From positions 20,276,001 to 20,340,000 of the forward strand of contig NC_087251.1 in assembly GCF_037042905.1 (NCBI RefSeq): a DNA stretch of 64,000 nt, written 5' to 3'. Below are positions 12,392-24,052 of the stretch, one piece after another (the first letter of the stretch is position 1; the number at the start of each line of letters is the position of its first letter). This stretch comes from Lytechinus pictus (Eukaryota). Under the pieces are notes generated by a model, which worked only from the letters and a program-made list of their open reading frames with translations, did no database searches and had not been told where the DNA came from. Both the position numbers and the translations under genes were made by a program.

Positions 12392-15300
12392 ATGTATTTA
12401 TCCTTCGTGTTTGGGTTCGTACACCTTATTCAAATTCACGCGGAAATTTTGAACATGTTTAAAATGTGTTGATGACATAGGAAGGGCAAAATAACACACA
12501 CACAAAAATAGAATAACAGGAAGATTAAGCGACTCTTTTTTAATTTTATTATTTTTTGTGTGTGGAATCAGCAAACAATTGGGTGAACTCAATTCATGAT
12601 TCTTGGTGGATACGCTCTTTGCATAATACCTTGCCTCATTTGGATTCCACTGCAAAATGCACTGGCAAACTACACAGGTTGGTGCAAATGAAAAGGATGC
12701 TCAAGTTCAATAAAAAAAATCCAAGAGCATAAGCGTCTTACTCTTAATCCAATGTTTATTTTCATAAAATGTGCTTCTAAGGAAAAATCCTTATAACTGA
12801 CTAGACACCAAAATACGTGAATATGGTTTTAAAATTGTGTGTGAAACCAATGTAAGAACGTCAAATTTCTGTATTCTTTACAGTACAAATTCTAAGTTAT
12901 GGGATGAATATTTGTTTCATTTTAATGAAATGTGTAGACAGACATCAATAATTCTCAGAACAGTAAATGAATAGTTATACCCAGGGGTATTTCTTGCAAT
13001 TTGTCTGGAAATTTATGCATGACTTCACTACAACTGGAAATGATGTTTAAAATCTGTTTCAATAAGCCCCTAAAGCTTTTCTAGATGTTTTAAAACAGAG
13101 TACACATGATTTCATTTATATTTTGACAGGAAATAAGATTGCCATGACAAAAGAGACTTGACTTCACTATGGGCAAGGATCTGGGTGGGGGGGGGGGGGT
13201 ACTCATTCGTCAAATTTTGAATTTGTACCGCAGACAGCAGCCTGTAAGATAGGATCATCTCACCTCCCCCTATCCCCCAGCCCAAACAGACAAAAAATCT
13301 CACTGAATCAGCAAGGCTTCTAATCATTCATAAAGGTATGCACAATGTTACAAACAGCTATATGAAACCCTTCTCAGATTCTTATCAACAGACCAGGGTG
13401 ATGAAGAGTGACAAAACAGGGCCACAAGAAGAGGCAAACCCCTTATGATTTATCAAGAAGTGAAAAAGGAGGGAGTGAGAAAAGATAAGAAAGAAAAAAG
13501 AATGTAAAGAATAAAGAGGTCTGATTAGTGTAAACCTATCATACCTCTTATTTCATCAAACTACCCTGAAACTGCCCCTGGTGATGTAGTTCCATATGTT
13601 AGTTTTACAACAGAACTCAGAACTGAATCCTTGTTGGGAGATTTATCTTGACATGCCACAAATTGAGTCTGTAGAGAGTGGGGCAAGACTGATTGCGTCT
13701 GATTGGGGATTTAAACTTCAGTGTTGGTGTTGGAAGCGCAATTTGGATTGCCGTCTCTAACTCCAAAACTTACTCAAATCATAATATGACTCAATATCCA
13801 GTGCAGTTCATTCCACAACCAAATGATGTACTGATGTAAAAACTGGCCCAATACCATCACCAAAAGGTTAACACTGCTCTTGAAATCCTTCTATAAGAGG
13901 ATATGTAATAGTTTATATCCGATGCTCTTATTCCATGATTTACAGCACTTAAAAATAGCAAATTATCATCACTGTTCTTTGGAATTAATCTACCATGTAC
14001 AACAATAAAGGTATCATCACAAGTACTTTGTTTCATTTCAATTTGTTCATATTTTCCTTCCAAAAAAGGGGAAGACAATGATCATTCATTATTTCAGATA
14101 CATGTACATGACTGACAAAATGTTGATAACATATTACTTAAAACTTCTACAGAGCACACAACAGTGCATGTGCATGAGAAAATATGTAAAGACAATTGTA
14201 GAATGGTATTGACAACTTGGAAACAGATGAGCGAACACGTGGTGAGTCCTACCCAGGGAACGAACGGGCATGGGGATGCAATCATTCTTTCCTCAAATTG
14301 GATGAATTCTTCAAGAGAACATTGTGAATTTTAAAAGGTAGCTAGACTTATTTACCATTAGCTCTTTGCATGATTTTACCACATGTGAAGGTAGAATACT
14401 GAACACACACTCTCTCACACAGACACATCCACCCACATCCTAATATACACATTAGTAATTTGTCTCCTGCTTTCTCTCCATTCCAAAAGTCTTTTTCTGG
14501 ACTTACCAAATAACAAACATAATCCCTTTCCCATTTAGAAGCATTATCCAAATTTATATGCATGATATTGAATTAAATTCATTATGAATGATGAACTAAG
14601 AACTGGAATGAAAATAAATGACCTAATCTAGTGCTACAATTTTCTTAAAACAGAAATACACATAAAAACTACACAATTCCTTTTAACAGGAATAACATTT
14701 GCATACTTATATAACATGTAACCCATCCAAACAATCAATAAATTGCACATATGATGTAAATGAGGGCAACTGAAATAGGCAATATAGGTAAACTTGCTCA
14801 AGTTGACCTTCCCTAAGTCGAATATGCATCAAAATGATTATTTTAGATCCGATTATGCAAAGCATGTGCAATAATAATACAGCAATATAATTCTTTTATG
14901 TAAAATTTTTCCCCAGTCAAACAAATTTCTGCTGTCCCAAAATATTAGTACAGTAAGTGCCCACTGCTTATGTGTAGGTGTAGGTGCATGATTTTTGAGA
15001 ATTGCTTATCACAATACGGAAGAAGCAATACTCGTGAAAATTGGCAACAGCAGGGGTGGTGCCGTGGGGGGGGGGGCGGCAGGAGTGACATTTAGCCTAT
15101 GACTTTCAAAAGTACGTGTAGTTAAAGAAACAAGAAAAGAACTAGATGGGGGGTAGAAAAAAAAAAGGAGAAAGGAGGGTAAAAAAAGACAGGTTTGAGT
15201 GAACTATAACATGCCTATTATTCAATTGAAGAAAGTCTGATGTCACTTTTGGTCTTTCTACCCCCCCCCCCCACTCAAAATGACATGGTGCTGCCCCTGG

Positions 15301-15816
15301 GCTACAATGTATTTCACAGCATTTCTGTTATTAATATGTTATTAATGTTCTTGCTCTTCATTTTTGCTTCATGAAAATTTTAAGAACCTCTAACCAATCT
15401 GAGCAAAAAAATTCTAAGTATTCCATGAAGGAAAGTTAATCAAACTCTATTAACTTATTGATAAGCAAATGATTAAAGTGATAAGCCATACCAAAAAGCT
15501 ATTGTGCAGAATATCATTGTTCAAGGTAACTTTAATTAAAATAAACGATTCACTCAAGTTTCTAATTATTGTATGTAATCAACAAGAAGCTGCTATAGTT
15601 ATATATAACATATTACTGATATTGAGTTGATATAAAGCTTTTAAAGCACAGGAAAAGAACAACAAACATTTAAGGCTACAAAGCAAAAAAAAGGTCTACT
15701 TAGTTAAAAGAAAAGAAGAAAAAAATTACCGCTTCTGGGCAACAATACCTCCCATCGTAAAAAAAGTTAAATGTTCTAGGGCCCTTAACACAAATCTTAG
15801 CGATTGATCAGACATA

Positions 15817-16874
15817 CACTCGGCAAAAAAAGTTCTTGGACACTTATAAAAGTTAAAATATTCCATATAGATATTTGATTAAAGGTAAATTATTGTATGT
15901 CATCATGACCAGACAATATTCCTCTTCCAGTATGACATGACATTTTCATGTGAACAGTCATGCATGGGTGGTTATATGCTTTAAACAATAGCAATGTCAG
16001 TAAAAGAAAATTGCAAGAAATGGAACAGTCAGTGCATGGCTGGTTACAGGCATTAAACAATAGCAATGTCAGTAACAGGAAATTGCAAGAAAATGATCAG
16101 TCATTCTTTCAGTTGTGAAAGTTTATGTGGCATAAATATCCATTAAACGATAAAAGCAAACTTAAAGTCAAATACCACTCTAAGAGAGAAGAGAAAATTA
16201 TCCACCTTGGACGCATCACTCGGGGCATCACTATTCCACTGGAATTTAAAGTCAAAGTTAGTCGATGAATTTCAGATCCGATAGTTGGTGCAGTGACACA
16301 TCGCCTTCTCAACACAAGCATCCTTATCCTCCTATCTTCTGCAGGGGTGGTGGCCCTAGGTCGACCACTCTTAGGGGGGTCTCTAACTTCATCAGTAGCC
16401 AAATACCGCTGGTTCAAATTTGAAATTGTTGTTGGTGAAACTTGGAAATATCGAACCACTCGTCTAAATGACTGCCCAGAATGCATTCTTATTGCTCTTG
16501 CACGCTCTTGGTTGGAAAGCTTCATCTTGAAAGTGAGTCTCCAAATGATCCATCTCATTATGCATCTCATGATGCATCCCTAAGCATTCAATTCAAATGA
16601 TAACCCCCTGTTGAAATTGTTGAATGTATGCCTACAGGGTGGCCATGATCATTAGCATTTGAATGGTCCATTTCTTGCAATTTTCTTTTACTGACATTGC
16701 TATTGTTTAAAGCATTTAACAACCCATGCATGACTGTTCACATGAAAATGTCATGTCATACTGGAAGAGGAATATTGTCTGGTCATGTTGACATACAATA
16801 ATTTGCCTTTAATCAAATATCTATATGGAATATTTTAACTTTTATAAGTGTCCAAGAACTTTTTTTGCCAAGTG
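15817..16874 (-). mobile_element. Internally deleted Tc1/mariner element with residual N-terminal transposase (HTH, GRPR)
   Basis: TA TSD; ~200-bp TIRs cactcggcaaaaaaagttcttggacac..gtgtccaagaactttttttgccaagtg; ORF 16109-16570 has MKLSNQERARAIRM..TISNL..SGRPRATTPAEDRRI but no DDE domain. Inserted in a gggccc-ended MITE (about 15779-16960). Confidence 0.88.
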
Positions 16875-17254
16875 TATATGATTGTACATCATAATCAATA
16901 AAATCTATCTTTAAAATCAGCTCTTATGATCACATGCTAACCTTTGTGTTACCAGGCCCTGGAAAGTGAAAATCAAAGCTATAAAAACTGTCTCAAATGG
17001 GAGAGATTCCCTTTCAAAATGGAAAAGTGTCTTTTATAGATCAAATTCTCAGTAAAAATCCATAGCTGAGATCAAATGCAAATGTCTACAATTAATGGGC
17101 AATGCATCAGAGCTGTTCTTCCCTTTTTACGTGTCATCAGGAAACCCATTATTACAAATATAGTTCAGAAATGGATATAAAATACTGTATTTCAAATGAC
17201 ACATACATGTTCATGTACCTTGGGGAAAAAAATAAAAGTAGAAAAAAAAAAGAC

Positions 17255-17494
17255 TTATGATGTTGTTTCTGACTGTGTATTGTCCTTGTCTGATTTCCTT
17301 TTCCGAACCGTCTGATCACCACTTCTCCCTTCATCCTTAACTTCTTCATTATCCTCTTCTTCTTCATTATCCTCTTCCTCTTCTTCTTTTTTCCTTTCCT
17401 CTGAAATGTCTTCGTGCTGCGATAGTGGGGTGTCTGGAGTTTCTCGCTTTGGGGGTTTCACAGGGCAAAAGAAGTCTGCTATCACCACTAGGAT
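17255..17494 (-). CDS. TMX1: TMX1-like exon 6 (end of TM helix, acidic cytosolic tail, stop)
   Basis: tttAG acceptor; ILVVIADFFCPVKPPKRE...EEEEDNEEEEDNEE...TVRKRKSDKDNTQSETTS*. Juxtamembrane Cys, acidic tract and basic RKR motif as in TMX1 tails. The six exons total 819 nt = 272 aa plus stop. Confidence 0.92.
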   Translation of the reverse strand: MLVVIADFFCPVKPPKRETPDTPLSQHEDISEERKKEEEEEDNEEEEDNEEVKDEGRSGDQTVRKRKSDKDNTQSETTS

Positions 17495-18647
17495 CTAAAT
17501 ATTACATAAAAAATGAGAATATTTGAATCTTTCTATATTTATTTATTTTTTATCTATTTATTTTATTTCTGGCAAAAGGAATACAAGAAATTACAAATTC
17601 AAGAAAATCAAAAGACCCATCGACCGAAGGCCAAGGATAGCCAAAAGGACACTAGTTCCTATAAAAGGTTCTCCCATCACCAGTCGATAGTTTACAAACA
17701 TAAACATGAACATGAATTAAAAGACATAGATTTAAATCTCATCAAAACACATTTAGTTATGAAACAAACATTGAAGCAATGGAAGCAATGAGGAGCATGT
17801 ACATGTAGTAGACCGGCCAAAACAATTTTTTATACTTTGGACGGCTAAATTTGTTAATGCTTGCTAATGCTTGGCATCCCAGCTAAAAGTCTTGCAAAAA
17901 TACCTAAGAAGTGCGTACGGGCGGATGCCAAGCGCAATTTTGCGTGAAAGTGTCATTTTTAGCGTAAAATCTGAAAGAATGTCGAAAATCACGCATTTTG
18001 ATATTTTGACGGAATATGTTAAAATGTTCATCTTTGATATGCAATTGTTTTATTTGAAGTTTCAAATTATAAGTCTCATAAATATGCATTTCAAATTTGA
18101 ATATTACACACACATACATGGCACAGTGAAACATAAAATCGCGATTTCCTCAAAATAAAAGTTTGTGAAATCTATCAATAGTTTGAAGTTTTTTACGCAA
18201 CTTAAATTCTTCGATTTAAATTTGTTTATCCATCGAATGTATAGTAAATGTCCTAATGCCACAAATATTAAAAGAATTTTCAAGTAAGATGGAAGATATC
18301 TCATTTTATGTTATCCGAAAGGAGACAATGTGTATTTTACCAGGTGCGCATTTTGAAAGAAAAATTGAAAATACCATACATTATGTACATAATTACATGC
18401 ATAAGTACATACTAAAACAAATTTTTATACTTTGGATAGCAAAATTTGTCAATTCTTAGCATCCCAGCTTTAATCCCAGCTTAAAGTCTTGATGAGTGTG
18501 TCATGATGAGTGTGTCATGTATGATACATGTACATTTGAGGACAAATTTATTGCATATAAGTGTAAAACTAATAGTTGGTGTCATAACAAAAACCACAAT
18601 TATATTTCTAAATATGAGGCATCAGAAATTTATGGACTATTGTATTA

Positions 18648-21600
18648 GGGTCAATCCATATCAAATCAACCGATGCTTGTCACCCGACCCCCTCCGATTT
18701 TCTTTAAACTCGCACCAAATGTGCCCCCAAGTGTCTGACGGAAAATTCTGGAATATTTTGCCCCAAGGTCAAACGGTTGCTAAGTTACGGCCTCCCTTAG
18801 CAACCAATGTCTGGCCAAACAATAAAGTTTAAATAAAATTAGCTATTTTTGATTGACTGCTGGAGCCAAGTTTGATGACGCAGTGTTCTAATTTTCTGTA
18901 AATTGGAAGAACTTTATAGTCTTAACACACACAATATAATTTGACATGGATCTGACCAGCCATTATTGCGCACAAGGTCACCGAACATGGTGTTAAGCGT
19001 CCAAGTCAATGTTTTTGGGTGCATGTTTGGAGGCACATAACTTCTAAATTCAATTAGCTTAGAACCCAATATTATGCATATTTGAAGACTATGACTTGCT
19101 CAACAGACCTACAAAAAATTGGCCCTACCATGCGTGTCAATTTCTTGTAGGGCGCCCTCAAAGTTGGATTTTTTCTAAAAGTTGCCAAGTTCAAGGTCAC
19201 AAAGCACCCCTCGTCCCATCCAAGTGCGACCCCAATTTCTGTATACTGATAGACATTTACCTATATTTTCATGGGATACTTAACATTTTTTGTGACCGAA
19301 ATGTTTAATAGCTGGTTTACGCATTCGAAAATGGTCGTAAACACCCCAAAATCGATGTAAAACGACACATACAAGTTTTCAGCACATTTCAAATTAGGAT
19401 AAATCCAAAATGAAAAGGGAGCAATCACTGGTATTGTCTGTAATGGTAGTCTGTAATGAGTACTAAAAGGATATGCATCACAAATAGTTTGTCTTATTTG
19501 CAATGCCCTTGAAAAACACAGCTGAAAATCATAAAAAACAATAAATCGGGTCAATTTTCCGTAATGATAGGGCGTTAAAATGTGTTTACACCCACTTTCA
19601 CTTGTTGGTCATTTCAATACTAATGGTGACTTTAAGCTGATAATTGCAAATCATGTTCCTTTCTGGTTCTATTTTAAGCTCCAAATAATATATAAAGTCA
19701 TATCTTTATCTTTTGACCTTGACATTGATCTAAAAATAGCTATAAATGCCCTAACATTAGCATATTCACAACATGTGAGCTTTACAACACATTTCAAAAT
19801 TGATTTTCTCACAGACTAAATGCCTGATCATATGGATATTTGCAGTATTGGTAGTCCATAATGAGTACTTGGAAGATATAGTATTAATTAATTGTTCTTA
19901 CATGACAATGACCTTGAAAATACAGGTGAAATCCACACAAAAATTCAATAATCCGCCGATATCCCATTATTATAGGTTGTTTACACCCACTTTCACTTGT
20001 GTGTCATTTCAATACTAATGGTGACTTTAAGCTGATAATTGCAAATCGTGTTCCTTTCTGGTTCTATTTTAGGCTCCAAATAATACATAAAGTCATATCT
20101 TTATCTTCTGACCTTGACATTGATCTAAAAATAGCTGTAAATGCCTTAATATGGGCATATTCACATTTTAAGGCATTTACAGCTATTTTTAGATCAATGT
20201 CAATGTCAAAATATACATATATTACTTTATGTATTATTTGTAGCTTAAAACAAGAAAGGAGCATGATTTGCAATTATCAGCTAAAAGTCACAATTAGTAT
20301 TGAAATGAGACAAAAGTGAAAGTGGGTGTAAACAACCTATAATGGGATATTGGTAGATTATTGATTTTTTGTATAAATTTCAGCTGTATTTTCAAGGTCA
20401 TTGTCATGTAAGAACAATTAATTAATACTATATCTTGAAAGTACTCATTATGGACTACCAATACTGCACATATCCATATGATCAGGCATTCAGTCTGTGA
20501 GAAAATCAATTTTGAAATGTGTTGTAAAACTCACGGGTGTTGTGAATATGCCAATTTTTAAGGCATTTACAGCTATTTTTAGATCAATGTCAAGGTCAAA
20601 AGATAAAGATATGACTTTATGTATTATTTGGAGCTTAAAATAGAACCAGAAAGGAACATGATTTGCAATTATCAGCTTAAAGTCACCATTAGTATTGAAA
20701 TGACCAACAAGTGAAAGTGGGTGTAAACAACCTATAATAATGGGATATCGGCGGATTATTGAATTTTTGTGCGGATTTCAGCTGTATTTTCAAGGTCATT
20801 GTCATGTAAGAACAATTAATTAATACTATATCTTCAAAGTACTCATTATGGACTACCAATACTGCAAATATCCATTCGATCAGGCATTCAGTCTGTGAGA
20901 AAATCAATTTTGAAATGTGTTGTAAAGCTCACGTGTTGTGAATATGCTAATGTTAGGGCATTTATAGCTATTTTTAGATCAATGTCAAGGTCAAAAGATA
21001 AAGATATGACTTTATGTATTATTTGGAGCCTAAAATAGAACCAGAAAGGAACATGATTTGCAATTATCAGCTTAAAGTCACCATTAGTATTGAAATGACA
21101 CACAAGTGAAAGTGGGTGTAAACAACCTATAATAATGGGATATCGGCGGATTATTGAATTTTTGTGTGGATTTCACCTGTATTTTCAAGGTCATTGTCAT
21201 GTAAGAACAATTAATTAATACTATATCTTCAAAGTACTCATTATGGACTACCAATACTGCAAATATCCATATGATCAAGCATTCAGTCTGTGAGAAAATC
21301 AATTTTGAAATGTGTTGTAAAGCTCACGTGTTGTGAATATGCTAATGTTAGGGCATTTATAGCTATTTTTAGATCAATGTCAAGGTCAAAAGATAAAGAT
21401 ATGACTTTATATATTATTTGGAGCTTAAAATAGAACCAGAAAGGAACATGATTTGCAATTATCAGCTTAAAGTCACCATTAGTATTGAAATGACCAACAA
21501 GTGAAAGTGGGTGTAAACACATTTTAACGCCCTATCATTACGGAAAATTGACCCGATTTATTGTTTTGGATGATTTTCAGCTGTGTTTTTCAAGGTCATT

Positions 21601-23643
21601 GCAAATAAGACAAACTATTTGTGATGCATATCCTTTTAGTACTCATTACAGACTACCATTACAGACAATACCAGTGATTTCTCCCTTTTCATTTTGGATT
21701 TATCCTAATTTGAAATGTGCTGAAAACTTGTACGTGTCGTTTTACATCGATTTTGGGGTGTTTACGACCATTTTCGAATGCGTAAACCAGCTATTAAACA
21801 TTTCGGTCACAAAAAATTTTAAGTATCCCATGAAAATATAGGTAAATGTCTATCAGTATACAGAAATTGGGGTCGCACTTGGATGGGACGAGGGGTGATT
21901 TGTGACCTTGAACTTGGCAACTTTTAGAAAAAATCCAACTCTGAGGGCGCCCTACAAGAAATTGACACGCATGGTAGGGCCAATTTTTTGTAGGTCTGTT
22001 GAGCAAGTCATAGTCTTCAAATATGCATAATATTGGGTTCTAAGCTAATTGAATTTGGAAGTTATGAGCCTCCAAACATGCACCCAAAAACATTGACTTG
22101 GATGCTTAACACCATGTTCGGCGACCTTGTGCGCAATAACGGCTGGTCAGATCCACGTCTAATTATATTGTGTGTGTTAAGACTATAAAGTTCTTCCAAT
22201 TTACAGAAAATTAGAACACTGCGTCATCAAACTTGGCTCCAGCAGTCAATCAAAAATAGCTAATTTTATTTAAACTTTATTGTTTGACAAGACATTGGTT
22301 GCTAAGGGAGGCCATAACTTAGCAACCGTTTGACCTTGGGGCAAAATATTTCATTTTTTTCCGTCAGACACTTGGGGGAACATTTGGTGCGAGTTTAAAG
22401 AAAATCGAAGGGGGTCGGGTGACAAATTGTCTAACAAGTGGAACGCCTCTGGCAGTCTCGCCTGCATTACGCAATTTAACATAGCAGCAGTGCTAACTTT
22501 GAAAACTACTATAAAATAATCATTCACAAAAACACCATTCATATAATGATATAATACCACGTTCATTGACCATAGATGACATTTGAACGGTGACTTAAGA
22601 CTTGTCAACTACACCCATGTCCACATTTCATTCACTCTATCCATAAACTTTCAAAGTTATGATGGCACTTCAACAATTACCCCCAACATGGCCTAAGTTT
22701 ATTGACCTTAACTGACCTTTGACTTGGTTTTGTGACCTGAAACTCACAGGGGATGTTCAGTGATGCTTGATTACTCTTATATCCCAATTTTTATGAACTA
22801 GATCCATAAACTTTCAGAGTTAGGATGGTAATTCAACAAATACCCCCAACACGGCCAAAGTTCATTGACCTTAAATGACCATTGACCAAGGTCATGTGAC
22901 CTGAAACTCACACAGGATATTCAGTGGTTCTTGATTAACCTAATGTCCAAGTTTCATGAACTAAATCCATAAATTTTCAAAGTTATGATGGTAATTCAAC
23001 AAATACCCCGAACTTGGCCAAAGTTCATTGACCCTAAATGACCTTTGACCTTGGTCATGTGACCTGAAACTCAGGCAGGGTGTTCACTAATACTTGATTA
23101 ACCTTATGTCCAAGTTTCATGGACTAGATCCATAAATTTTCAAACTTATGATAGTAATTCAACAAATACCCCCAACTTGACCAAAGTTCATTGACCCTAA
23201 ATGACCTTTGACCTTGGTCACGTGACCTGAAACTCGAGCAGGATGTTCACTAATACTTGATTAACCTTATGCCCAAGTTTCATGAACTAGGTTCATATAC
23301 TTTCTAAGTTATGATGTCATTTCAAAAACTTAACCTTCGGTTAAGATTTTGAAAATAATTTTCCCAACATGGTCTAAGTTCATTGACCCTAAATGACCTT
23401 TGACCTTGGTCATGTGACCTGAAACTCAGGCAGGATGTTCAGTAATACTTTATTAACCTTATGTCCAAGTTTCATGAACTAGGTCCATATACTTTCTAAG
23501 TTATGATGTCATTTCAAAAACTTAACCTTAGGTTAAGATTTGATGTTGACGCCGCCGCCGCCGCCGTCGGAAAAGCGGCGCCTATAGTCTCGCTCTGCTA
23601 TGCAGGCGAGACAAAAATTGGTTGATTTGACGTGGATTGACCC
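18648..23643. mobile_element. Large foldback element (Sola2-like termini) with 395-bp internal tandem repeats
   Basis: Termini gggtcaatcc..ggattgaccc, 4-bp TSD atta. Left arm 18648-~20160 mirrors the right arm (the ORF track is mirrored, e.g. 19096+ vs 21794-). The right terminus is displaced by an insertion at 22433-23617. Confidence 0.82.
22433..23617 (+). mobile_element. HINE-like family A, full copy with 163-bp tandem array
   Basis: aacaagtgg..gtctcgcctgcat at the 5' end, atgcaggcgagacaaaaa at the 3' end; inserted between two Ts with no TSD; period 163 (22838, 23001, 23164). Confidence 0.78.
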
Positions 23644-23663
23644 ATTAAACAAAGGAAAATCAG

Positions 23664-23832
23664 GGGTCTGTTTCATGAAAGTTGTCAGCACTAACAAGTT
23701 GTCCTTCTCTGACAGTTACCATAGTAACAGTCAGAGGCCAGTGTTTCTCAGCCAATCAAAAGCAAGGATTTCACAAAAAATAGTAAGCACTGACAATTTA
23801 GTCAGTGCTGACAACTTTCATGAAACACCCAC
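23664..23832. mobile_element. PIF/Harbinger-like MITE
   Basis: TIRs tgtttcatgaaagttgtcagcact..agtgctgacaactttcatgaaaca; 3-bp TSD cag. Confidence 0.72.
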
Positions 23833-24052
23833 CAGGTTGCATTGAGGGAGAAAAAAGATGTGACACTGGGTAGCTTTGAAGGACACCATTATAAACATTA
23901 AAATGAATAAAAATACAAAGATTTCAATGTCATCAAAACACATTTAGATATATCTAAAAAAAAAACATTGAAGCAAGGAGGAGCATGTAGGAACATGTAA
24001 AACAAATTAGATTTTAGTAAGAGCTATTTACAATATAAAATACATAATTATA

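Noticed and set aside
19096..22006. Mirror-image ORF pairs suggesting duplicated genes
   Set aside because: By-product of the inverted arms and 395-bp repeats; no recognisable protein.
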